Shown here in pieces: positions 8,511 through 17,323 of a DNA stretch of 64,000 nucleotides. The notes beneath the pieces are model-generated. The model worked only from the letters and a program-made list of their open reading frames with translations, had not been told where the DNA came from and did not search any database. The number at the start of each line of letters is the position of its first letter. Positions within the stretch are counted from its first letter, which is position 1. The stretch is from assembly GCA_963760795.1 (NCBI GenBank), contig CAVXEP010000016.1, positions 32,001 through 96,000 of the forward strand, read 5' to 3'. Source of the DNA: an uncultured delta proteobacterium. Lineage in GTDB: Bacteria > Desulfobacterota > Binatia > UBA9968. Both the position numbers and the translations under genes were made by a program.

Positions 8511-9563
8511 ATGGCAACGGCAGCATTAGCAGCGGAACGAGTCGAAATACCGGATGACCTCTGGGAGGCGCAAGCCTTCTTCGAAGAACAGGGCTGGTCC
8601 GATGGCCTGCCGATCATCCCGCCCACGGAAGCGCGGGTCGCGCAAATGCTGGCGGCGACCAAGCGCAAAGCGGATGAAGTGATCGGCGCGGTGCCGCCAC
8701 GCTGGGCGCAAGCGACGGTGGAAAAAATCGCTATCAACGGGGTCATGGCCGGCTGCAAGCCTGAGTATATGCCGACGCTGATCGCCGCGGTGGAAGCGAT
8801 CACCGATCCCAAGTTGAATCTCTACGCCCTGCAAGCCACCACCGGCGGGCCGGCGGTGATGATCATCATCAACGGGCCGGTGCGCCAACAACTGAACGTC
8901 AACGGCGGTTCCAACGCCCTTGGCGAAGGCTGGCGCGCCAACGCCACCATCGGCCGCTTCGTGCAATTAGTGAAGCGCAATATCGGCGGCTCGTATCCGG
9001 GCTCCACTTGCAAAGCCACGCTAGGGTGGCCGGGAAAATATTCCATCTGCGTCGGCGAAAACGAGGAAGCGAGTCCCTGGGAGCCGCTCCATGTCGAGCG
9101 CGGTTTCAAAGCCGATGAGAGCACGGTGACGGCGATCAGCGCGGATGCGTCGATCCGCGCGTCGGACCTGGACAGCTCGAAAGCGGAAGGCGTGCTGATC
9201 AATTTCGCGCAAAAAATGGAAGGCCCTTCCGGGCCTGAGGCGATCATGGTCGTCTGCCCGGAGCATGCCAAGATCATCGCCGACGACGGCTTCAGTAAGA
9301 AGGACGTGCAGAAGTTCATTTGGGAGCGCGCCGCGTACCGGATGAAAGATTTGCCCGACGAAACCTTCTTCCAGCGGGTCAAGCGGCGATCCGATCTTAA
9401 ACTGACTCGCGACAGCATCATTCCGGTCACCGACAAGCCCGAAGATATTCTCGTCATCGTCGCCGGCGGCGATGGCTCGCAGTCGCAGTATATTCACGTC
9501 TGGGGGCAGAGCACGCCGGAAGGCGGTTCGACGCGGTCGGTGACTAAAGTTATAAAAGATTAA
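8511..9563 (+). CDS. Conserved uncharacterised UGSC-partner protein (DGLP..PPT family)
   Basis: Motifs GWSDGLPIIPPTEARV, ATVEKIAINGVMAGCKPEY, RANATIGR, GENEEASPWEPLHVERGF, DILVIVAGG; family I recognise as the usual neighbour of UGSC proteins. Confidence 0.85.
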   Translation: MATAALAAERVEIPDDLWEAQAFFEEQGWSDGLPIIPPTEARVAQMLAATKRKADEVIGAVPPRWAQATVEKIAINGVMAGCKPEYMPTLIAAVEAITDPKLNLYALQATTGGPAVMIIINGPVRQQLNVNGGSNALGEGWRANATIGRFVQLVKRNIGGSYPGSTCKATLGWPGKYSICVGENEEASPWEPLHVERGFKADESTVTAISADASIRASDLDSSKAEGVLINFAQKMEGPSGPEAIMVVCPEHAKIIADDGFSKKDVQKFIWERAAYRMKDLPDETFFQRVKRRSDLKLTRDSIIPVTDKPEDILVIVAGGDGSQSQYIHVWGQSTPEGGSTRSVTKVIKD

Positions 9564-9565
9564 GG

Positions 9566-9672
9566 GTTCCAATCGTTCAAAACGTTCCAGTCGTTCCAAT
9601 CGTGTCGGAAAATCCTCGACCGATAAGCCTCTTACCCTCGCCCATTCCGATGGGAGAGGGGAGGGTGAGGGT
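9566..9672. repeat. Composite intergenic repeat, copy 1 (45-bp 9-mer tract plus CCCTCGCCC...GGGTGAGGG hairpin)
   Basis: 9566-9610 is identical to 14461-14505; followed by a hairpin at about 9634-9672. Confidence 0.85.
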
Positions 9673-9681
9673 CTGATACCC

Positions 9682-10671
9682 ATGTTCATTCGCCTAATCA
9701 CTCTCTTCGCCGTTCTTTTACTTATTCTTTCTTTGACAGTTACGCCCACCTTCGCCGCCGACAAGCTGCGCATCGGTTACTCCGGCGCTACGATCACCAA
9801 CTCGATGTTGTGGGTGACTCACGAAGGCCGGCTGTTCGAAAAGAACGGCATCGACGCCGAAGTTCTCTACTTGCAGACCACTTTGGGGCAGACCGCGTTG
9901 ATCGCCGGCGAGATTCAGATGTGTGTCTACTCGGCCAGCTTGCTCACGCCGGCGCGTTTGCAGGGCGCCGATGTGGTCATGCTGCTGAGCTTTCTGCATA
10001 AGCCGATTTATCGTCTGGTGGTCAAGCCGGAGATTCGCTCGGTTGCCGATCTCAGAGGCAAACGGGTAGGAGTTACGCGTTTCGGCACGGTGAGCGACTG
10101 GACGACGCGCTTGTTATTAGCGCGCCTCGGGCTCGACGCGGAAAAAGACGTGATCCTGGTGCAAAGCGGCGATGTGCCGGTACTGGTTAATTCGCTTGCC
10201 GTGGGAAAATCCATCGACGCCGCGATCATGCAGCCGCCTTATGACAAAAAACTCGCGGCGATGGGTATGCGTGTTCTCTTGAACATGCAGGAGATGGACA
10301 TCGTCTTGCAGCAGACCGGCCTCAACACCACGCAAAAGTTCATCGCGCGAAATCCAGACATCGTTAGGCGGGTAGTGAAATCGATGATCGACGGCATCCA
10401 TTTCATGCGCAACAACCCCGCCGTCGCCAAACGCGCCATCGGCAAACACATGCAGATCAAAGACGAGCGCGACCTGGAAGATTCGTATCAACTCCTACGC
10501 AGTTTCATCCAACCCAAGCCCTATCCGAATCTCGAAGGCTTCAAACCGATCTTCGAGGAAGCCGGCAAACGTTTGCCCGCGGCCAAGACCGCCAACGCGA
10601 AGGATTTCGTCGACACGCGGTTTATCGAGGAGCTAGATAAGTCAGGGTATATCGACGGGCTGTATAAATAA
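9682..10671 (+). CDS. ABC-type substrate-binding protein, NMT1/THI5-like
   Basis: Signal peptide ending TFA-AD, KLRIGYSG, DLRGKRVGVTRFGT, C-terminal DKSGYIDGLYK. Confidence 0.9.
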   Translation: MFIRLITLFAVLLLILSLTVTPTFAADKLRIGYSGATITNSMLWVTHEGRLFEKNGIDAEVLYLQTTLGQTALIAGEIQMCVYSASLLTPARLQGADVVMLLSFLHKPIYRLVVKPEIRSVADLRGKRVGVTRFGTVSDWTTRLLLARLGLDAEKDVILVQSGDVPVLVNSLAVGKSIDAAIMQPPYDKKLAAMGMRVLLNMQEMDIVLQQTGLNTTQKFIARNPDIVRRVVKSMIDGIHFMRNNPAVAKRAIGKHMQIKDERDLEDSYQLLRSFIQPKPYPNLEGFKPIFEEAGKRLPAAKTANAKDFVDTRFIEELDKSGYIDGLYK

Positions 10672-11047
10672 TCTGGCTGCAAAACTTCAGTTGCGCACCA
10701 GCGGGAAGATTATATGCCGCATCGATTGATCCGAACCGGGCGACGAATGTAAAGTTCGTAGACAGATGAGAACCGGTCTTCACGGATATTGTTGATGCTC
10801 GTGAATGTACGTAAAGAGCTTTCAGGCTCTGTTGGATCGCCTTCTCAATTCGTCTTTACAACTTATTGTTCCGCTGTAATAGCGATTTAGATCGAATTCT
10901 ATGGGCCTTGTTACACGGAAGCTATGAGCTTCTATATTGATAGTGCCACGTGCATGGGATTGCGGGCGCGGATCGCCCTGGGACAACACATGTGAGTCGC
11001 AACTGTCCGCTGCATGCTGCGTACCCGATTATTCACTGGAGAGCCAC

Positions 11048-12115
11048 ATGCCTTTGTGGGCTTTGCTGATACCGATCGCAGCCACCGCACTGCTAGCTGT
11101 TGCCGTCGCGCTACCGGTCGGTGTGGCACTGGCCATCGTCTGCGCACTGGCGCTGATGGGCGCCGTGATCGCCGCGGTTCACCATGCCGAGGTGGTGGCG
11201 CATCGTGTCGGCGAGCCCTTCGGTACATTGGTGCTCGCGATCGCGATCACGATCATCGAGGTGGCGTTGATCGTGTCGATGATGCTCGCCGGCGGACCGG
11301 ACAAGGCCACGCTGCCGCGCGAGACGATCTTCTCTGCGATCATGATCATCTGTAACGGCGTGGTTGGCCTGTGCCTGCTGCTCGGCGGCCTCCGCCACCA
11401 CGAGCAGTCGTTCCACGTCGAAGGCGCCAACACCGCCCTAGCGACGGTGATCGCACTGGCCACGCTAGCGCTGGTGCTGCCGACGTTCACGACAAGTTCC
11501 GCCGGGTCGACCTACACGGTGGCGCAACTAATTTTCGCTGCGATCGCGTCGCTGGTGCTGTGGGCGAGTTTCGTGTTCGTGCAGACCGTGCGCCATCGCG
11601 ACTATTTCCTGCCGGTTCACAACACGGCTGACGACGCCCTCCACGCGGCGCCGCCGTCGACCCGGCTCTCGTGGGCGAGCTTCGGCATGCTGTTGGTCGG
11701 GCTGGTGGCAGTCGTCGGGCTGGCCAAGGTGCTGTCCCCGAGCATCGAAGCTGCGGTGGCTGCGGTGGGCGCGCCGCCGGCCGTCATCGGCATCGCGATC
11801 GCGATGCTGGTCCTGCTGCCCGAAATGTGGGCAGCGGCGCGCGCGGCGCGAGCGAACCGGCTACAGACCAGCCTGAACCTGGCGTTCGGCTCCGCGCTCG
11901 CCAGCATCGGCCTGACGATCCCAGCGGTTGCCTTCGCATCACTGTTAGTCGGCATGCCGCTAGCGCTGGGGCTGGAGGCGAAAGACCTGGTGCTGCTGGT
12001 GCTGACTTTCGTTGTTGCGTCGATCACGCTGGTCTCGGGCCGCACTCACGTCATGCAAGGCGTGGTGCACCTCGTGATCTTCGCCGCTTTCTTGTTCCTG
12101 GCGTTCGTGCCGTAA
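11048..12115 (+). CDS. chaA: Ca2+/H+ antiporter (CaCA family, ChaA-like)
   Basis: HHAEVVAHRVGEPFGTLVLAIAITIIEVALI, VLLPE, NRLQTSLNLAFGSALASIGLTIP; GGAG RBS before ATG 11048. Confidence 0.9.
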   Translation: MPLWALLIPIAATALLAVAVALPVGVALAIVCALALMGAVIAAVHHAEVVAHRVGEPFGTLVLAIAITIIEVALIVSMMLAGGPDKATLPRETIFSAIMIICNGVVGLCLLLGGLRHHEQSFHVEGANTALATVIALATLALVLPTFTTSSAGSTYTVAQLIFAAIASLVLWASFVFVQTVRHRDYFLPVHNTADDALHAAPPSTRLSWASFGMLLVGLVAVVGLAKVLSPSIEAAVAAVGAPPAVIGIAIAMLVLLPEMWAAARAARANRLQTSLNLAFGSALASIGLTIPAVAFASLLVGMPLALGLEAKDLVLLVLTFVVASITLVSGRTHVMQGVVHLVIFAAFLFLAFVP

Positions 12116-12692
12116 CGCTCCCACGCCGGCCATCATGCCACTCGCACTCACCCGCCGCAGCTGTTACGTGTCTCTCGCGACGGCCGTTGCATCGGCTTGC
12201 TAATGCAAGCAAATGCCGCATGACAACCGGTTGGGCGCTTCTATCTTATAGGGGAGGAGCTAGGAGTCAGAATTTTATAACTGGCTATCTTTGGATATGC
12301 GGCTTCGCGAGCTTACCTTCCTGATATGGGGTGTAGGTCCCTGGTCTTCCTATCTAAACAAATAAACAGACTCCGGAAACATACCATAAGATGGGTAGCG
12401 GCTTTGGTCATCGCATTACTCCCGTAAAAAAAGCTTGTCATCTACCAGCGCGTTTTAGTATGACGTTGCCTTCGGAATGTCGAGAGGGGTGATTGTGATT
12501 AACGACACCGTCCCTACATCGAAGAGTTCTTGTCGCTGTTCGACCTCCTGCACCAATGGTTCGGGAGGCAGCGGTCGTCGCCAGTATGGTTAGGAAAACT
12601 ATAGATCGGACACGAACTGTGAATGCGTCTCGCTGGTTTGTCGTCGATCAGATACAAAAAAATGATTTCATCGCTTTTGTAAGGAGAACGAT

Positions 12693-14396
12693 ATGGCGCA
12701 AGGAACAGTTCATGTCGACGAGAGCGGCGCGGTTCCGAAGATTGACATCTCGATTATCAACGAGAAATCGGTTGAGGTCTCGATCTTTCGCCTCGACCCA
12801 AATACTTTTGAAGAAGAACCGGTCGTGGAATTGGGATCCGGCGAGGAAGTAAACATTCCCGTGTGGGTGACGGACTGCCTGGTGGCAAGGATCGGCGCGG
12901 AACTGGTCGGCGAATTTGGCGTTTCCGAGGAGTTGCGTGAATGGCGCTTACCCAATGGGGAGCCCGAGAATGGCCACCACTGTCGGTTCCTTGTTGACAA
13001 TCATCGTGCAGAATCGGTGCGGCTTTTGTGTACGGCAGGCGAAGATGGAGAAACACTGCTGATTCAGGTTCTCGATCCGGGTGCTCAGACCGTCCTGGAT
13101 TCTTTTTCCGGGGACTATTGGGAGGCGATGATCGGCGACCAGGTCGTCTCGGCATATCAGCCGAGCGCGCGGCTGCCTGTATGGGAGATCGACAACCTAG
13201 TCTGTGACTTCGTGCCGGAGCTTGATCCCCTCCATAACGAAAATCTCAATGAGACGAGCGAGCCTCGGCTCATCGATCAACCTGCCATCGGCGAGGTCAG
13301 GGCAGTAATGGTGTTCGTTGATTTCTCCGACGTACCGGGCAAGAGATCGCCGGATGAGGCTCGCAAGTGTGTCGTAGGCGAATCGGCCGAATGGTTTCGC
13401 CGGGAATCTTACGGTCGGTTGCGTTTCTCGGTTGAGACTCCGCTCCTGGAGTGGCGCCGGATGCCGCGCGCCGCGACTGCTTACGACAAGATTCGCAGTG
13501 ATGGTGCCGAGCATGCGTCGTATATCACCACTGCGCTGCGACTATTTGCCGCTGACGAGATCGACTTTGCGCAGTATCAAATAGCGTATATCGTGGCAGC
13601 TGAAACTCCCGTGGATGCCCCTTATGTCGGAGTGTTGGACCTGTCTCCGACTTTGAGCGCGGGGATCCCGATCGCGACCAACAATGGCGCGGTGCACCAT
13701 GTAGTGACTTTTGGTCGCGACAGTTACCATCGGGGATTTCGCGTTCTCGTGCACGAAACTGGCCATCTATTTGGATTGCCGGATTTGTATCGGTTTCATC
13801 CCGACGCGAGCGGTGCGTGGCTGACGCCAACCGGCGCTTGGGACATCATGTGTGACCTGGATCATGGCTGGCATTTTCTCGGTTGGCATAAGTACAAGCT
13901 CGGTTGGCTCGACGAGTCGCAGCTGATTTATTTCAGCTCGGGTGAGCTTTCGGTACGGTTGACTGCTCTGGAGTCGGCTCAAGGCGTCAAAATGATCGTT
14001 CTCCCGAGCGAACACTCTTCGCAACTTTATATCGTCGAGATCGCCCAGCCTCTCGGTGATAACGAAACATTTCGCGACAAAGGTTTGTTGATCTACGCGG
14101 TGGACGCCTCAGTGGCCACCGGCCATGAACCGGTGAGTGTGCTGCGCTGTGGATCTCGCTCGGAAGATCTCACGGTGGGCATGCGCTGCAACGACTTCGT
14201 CGCGCCGGGGGAAAGCCATATCGTGCGCTTGCCCAACGGCGAGCGGGTTGAAGTGTTCAACCGAGAGCGGCATGGCGCCGACTTCGAAGTTACGGTGGTC
14301 AGCACGAGCGCTGGGGAACCTGGCGATAGGGAGCCGATACCATGCCGTATCTGTCAAGATGCCGCCGCTCATTCGATATGGGTGAGAGCAACTTAA
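12693..14396 (+). CDS. M6 (immune inhibitor A)-type zinc metalloprotease with two N-terminal VHL-beta-like repeats
   Basis: VMVFVDFSD, RESYGRLRF, HETGHLFGLPDLY, GAWDIM, GWHKYKLGWL; AAGGAG RBS; no signal peptide. Confidence 0.85.
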   Translation: MAQGTVHVDESGAVPKIDISIINEKSVEVSIFRLDPNTFEEEPVVELGSGEEVNIPVWVTDCLVARIGAELVGEFGVSEELREWRLPNGEPENGHHCRFLVDNHRAESVRLLCTAGEDGETLLIQVLDPGAQTVLDSFSGDYWEAMIGDQVVSAYQPSARLPVWEIDNLVCDFVPELDPLHNENLNETSEPRLIDQPAIGEVRAVMVFVDFSDVPGKRSPDEARKCVVGESAEWFRRESYGRLRFSVETPLLEWRRMPRAATAYDKIRSDGAEHASYITTALRLFAADEIDFAQYQIAYIVAAETPVDAPYVGVLDLSPTLSAGIPIATNNGAVHHVVTFGRDSYHRGFRVLVHETGHLFGLPDLYRFHPDASGAWLTPTGAWDIMCDLDHGWHFLGWHKYKLGWLDESQLIYFSSGELSVRLTALESAQGVKMIVLPSEHSSQLYIVEIAQPLGDNETFRDKGLLIYAVDASVATGHEPVSVLRCGSRSEDLTVGMRCNDFVAPGESHIVRLPNGERVEVFNRERHGADFEVTVVSTSAGEPGDREPIPCRICQDAAAHSIWVRAT

Positions 14397-14460
14397 CGTA
14401 GCCGCTTCTTGTGGACAATCTGTGAGGATGGGCGTTGATGAAAGTGAACAAGGCTTAGGA

Positions 14461-14580
14461 GTTCCAATCGTTCAAAACGTTCCAGTCGTTCCAATCGTGT
14501 CGGAACGATTCTAATTGCGTACCCTCGCCCGCTTGTGAGAGAGAGCCGGTCCTGAGCGTGTCGAACGAGAAAGGTGAGGG
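14461..14580. repeat. Composite intergenic repeat, copy 2
   Basis: 45 bp identical to 9566-9610, followed by ACCCTCGCCC...AGGTGAGGG. Confidence 0.85.
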
Positions 14581-14686
14581 CGCCCTCCAGTCTAGTTATC
14601 CTTGCCGCTTGGGCCGCTATTGCTCCACTGCAGAATTCGGCTTCAACCTTAACCATTTCGATCGGTCTAATCTCCCTGTATCTATC

Positions 14687-16996
14687 TTACGGCTCCCCCG
14701 GCAGAGGACCGAAGGCTCGTGGTGGTCGGCGGTGCTTGGTGGCCGCTTCGTAGGCTGAAGCGGCTTTTAGAATCGTTCCTTCTTCGCCCGGACCCGCCCA
14801 GAACGCTATGCTTATTGGCAATCCCGGCGCGTCGAGCATCGTGCGCTCGCTGCCGGAAATATTTCGATAGCTGCGCGTGTCGGCGCTGAGGGTGAACTTA
14901 GGCTCGTAGACGACCTGATTGAAGCCCGCCGGAACGACGACTTCGGGAATACCGGCGTCGGCGGTGAAGGCGAAGCGATTGCTGGGCCGGCTATTCACTT
15001 CGGGTTCCACCGGGCCGCCGATCTTGGGGATTGGAATCGTTGTCAGCGGGTTCACTAACACGTCGAGATTGTTTTCCCGCATCACCTTCAGCACCACGCG
15101 CTGCATGACTTCGCGCATCTTGATGCGTTCGGTAATGCCGGCGGAGCGGATGTCGTCTAGGTTTTGCCAATTGATAAACGCCGCCAGCTTGTCGCCGGAG
15201 TAGTAGGACGCGTTGGCATTGAGCGACGGCCAGTCTTTGACCCTGGGGTCGTTACGCCGCAGCAAATATTGGCTCAGATGAAAGCGGAAACTCGAGGTGC
15301 GCTGAAACAGCGTGACGCGCCTGAGATTCAAATTCGCTGGAAAGGGCTCTAACCCCTCGGCGGCGCGGGCCATATATTCCGCCGGTGACAAAATGCCGCC
15401 GCCGGGCGTCTTGCCGATGTTGACATTGACTTTGCTCGCGAACTCGGGGAACTCGGCCTCGCCGCTGCCGGTGGTTTTGTAAAGATACTCGGGCATGTGA
15501 AATGGCAGAATTTCCGCTAACGCTTCTTGGAAGCTTGGTTTCAAGTTAGGAATCGTCGGGTCGTCGGGATAGAGCGGATCGACGGATTCGAACAACTGCG
15601 CGCCCAATTTGTCGCGCAGGACTGATTTGATCTCCTTATCGATTTGATCGCTGATCGCGGCATCGTTTGGCGTGTGTTTGACCATGTACTCGCGCACGAT
15701 GCCGATGCGCATGCCCTTCAAGCTCTTGGCTCCGGCAAAGCTGGCGTAGGAATTTTGCGGGAATAATGCCTTCGGCAGCGCGGTATAAATGTCGCGCGGG
15801 TCGTAGTAGCCGAGCTTGGGATCTTTCAGAGCGTCGAGCACGATGGCGGTATCTTTGATCGTCCGACAGTGAATACCGGCGCGGTCGATAAACGGGTCGG
15901 CGCCGATGCCGCCGCCGAAAGCCATGATCGCTTTGCCGGTGGTCAAGTTGGCGACGCCGTTGTAGGCCGCCGGCACGCGGCAGGAGCCGCCGGTCTCTTC
16001 GCATATGGAGCAAGTAACCAGATTGGCCGACACCGAAACACCCGAGCCCGAGCTCGATGCGGCCTGCGCGCCGGCGCGCTCGGTGTCGTAGGGGTTGCAC
16101 GGATTGCCGGCCCAAGTGCTGCGCGAATTGCCCGCGCCGAGCACCACCGCGGTGGCCTTGGCCGCGCCGCCGGGATCGCCGCTGCCGCCGTTGTATTCGC
16201 TCAAGTTGGCTTTGGCGAGAATGATCGCGCCCTTGGCGCGGAGCTGCGCGACGATGGTCGAATCCGCCGGCGCCGCGTCCATCGCGTAGTTCACGTCGGC
16301 GCCGCCGGTGGAGCGCATGTCTTTAGCGTCGAAGATATCCTTGATCGAAAACGGCGCGCAGTATAGCGGCATCGCGGCCAAATTAGGATTGGCGCCGAAA
16401 AGCCGATCAAGTTCGCGTGCCCGCTCGATGCCGTCGGGCTGGGCGCGAAACGCTTCGCAGGTTCGAGGACAATTGCCGGGCAGGGCTCCTTTGGAGGGAT
16501 GGAGATCGCAGGTCGCTTTGCATGTCGCCGAGCGTTCGCCGCGGATGTTGACTGTGCTTAGGGAACGCAGCTGCCCGGCATTTTTCACGCCGCGGATGTA
16601 GCCGTAGGTTTGCTGTGTGGCCGGATCGGAGATCGTCGCTTGCATGACACCCGGCTGCATCGGTGTGCCGGTGTATTTGCCGATGTCGGGGAAATGGTTT
16701 TTCGGATCATTGGCGTCATTGGGATTCACCGGCGCGACGCATTGGCCGTCATAAGCGCGGATGCGGTTGATGTAGGCCTGGACAACTTTCTCGCAGGTGA
16801 TTTGGCGTGTCTTGATCGCGCGCTGAATGTCTTCGATGCGCGCCTCCTCAAGACGAAACTTCCAGCCTGTTGACGTCTTGGCGGGAGTCGCCGGCTTGGC
16901 AACTTGCGCGTTGCTCACTGGCTTCGCCCATGGCAATAGCTCCGTCGCCAGAGCGAAAGCCAGGGTACAAGCGATTATCCGTTCCGGTTTTATCAT
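14687..16996 (-). CDS. Exported amidase-signature family enzyme with large insertions
   Basis: Signal peptide; catalytic Lys in FSIKD, SSSGSG, nucleophile in EETGGSCRVPA; C-terminal AYEAATKHRRPP. Confidence 0.9.
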   Translation of the reverse strand: MIKPERIIACTLAFALATELLPWAKPVSNAQVAKPATPAKTSTGWKFRLEEARIEDIQRAIKTRQITCEKVVQAYINRIRAYDGQCVAPVNPNDANDPKNHFPDIGKYTGTPMQPGVMQATISDPATQQTYGYIRGVKNAGQLRSLSTVNIRGERSATCKATCDLHPSKGALPGNCPRTCEAFRAQPDGIERARELDRLFGANPNLAAMPLYCAPFSIKDIFDAKDMRSTGGADVNYAMDAAPADSTIVAQLRAKGAIILAKANLSEYNGGSGDPGGAAKATAVVLGAGNSRSTWAGNPCNPYDTERAGAQAASSSGSGVSVSANLVTCSICEETGGSCRVPAAYNGVANLTTGKAIMAFGGGIGADPFIDRAGIHCRTIKDTAIVLDALKDPKLGYYDPRDIYTALPKALFPQNSYASFAGAKSLKGMRIGIVREYMVKHTPNDAAISDQIDKEIKSVLRDKLGAQLFESVDPLYPDDPTIPNLKPSFQEALAEILPFHMPEYLYKTTGSGEAEFPEFASKVNVNIGKTPGGGILSPAEYMARAAEGLEPFPANLNLRRVTLFQRTSSFRFHLSQYLLRRNDPRVKDWPSLNANASYYSGDKLAAFINWQNLDDIRSAGITERIKMREVMQRVVLKVMRENNLDVLVNPLTTIPIPKIGGPVEPEVNSRPSNRFAFTADAGIPEVVVPAGFNQVVYEPKFTLSADTRSYRNISGSERTMLDAPGLPISIAFWAGPGEEGTILKAASAYEAATKHRRPPRAFGPLPGEP

Positions 16997-17140
16997 GGCC
17001 GTCCTCCGAGAAACTGAATTGCCATTTTCCTATCACAGATCGGGTTAAACGAGGATTATTTTTCTAAGCGGCAAAGTTGCACCCAACCCTTGGACTTTCG
17101 TGGACTTCGGTCTTTGTGTTAAGAGTTTAAATCTAAACAT

Positions 17141-17233
17141 TCCCCGCAGCTTGCTGCGGGCACCATCAAATGGGGAATCCAAAGGGGGCGAGCATCCCCT
17201 TTGGTCGCGTGCGGGGTTAATACCCCGTACGCG
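17141..17233. repeat. Cluster of three GC-rich hairpins in a divergent intergenic region
   Basis: CCCGCAGCTTGCTGCGGG; CCAAAGGGGGCGAGCATCCCCTTTGG; CGCGTGCGGGGTTAATACCCCGTACGCG. Confidence 0.7.
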
Positions 17234-17323
17234 AAATGCCTTGTTTATTTGTTCAAGCGGTCCGAAGCGGTCATTGCGGTTCGGAAGAGCCGACTGGTTC
17301 GAATCAAATTGGGTACACCAATC

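Noticed and set aside
8390-8812. ORFs containing VIPAKAGIQ / WIPAFAGMT peptides (also 8199-8441, 29787-30060, 50317-50594)
   Set aside because: Translations of REP palindromes, with no independent coding evidence
9566-9610. Periodic GTTCnAATC tracts as CRISPR repeats
   Set aside because: No regular repeat-spacer structure with unique 30-40 bp spacers, and no cas genes
12330-12690. Riboswitch or ncRNA upstream of the M6 protease
   Set aside because: Only a weak hairpin (CCTCCTG..CGGGAGG); no consensus I can recognise; needs an Rfam scan
16500-16535. Haem-binding motif in the amidase insert (CKATCDLH)
   Set aside because: The spacing is CxxxCxxH, not CxxCH; more likely disulfides
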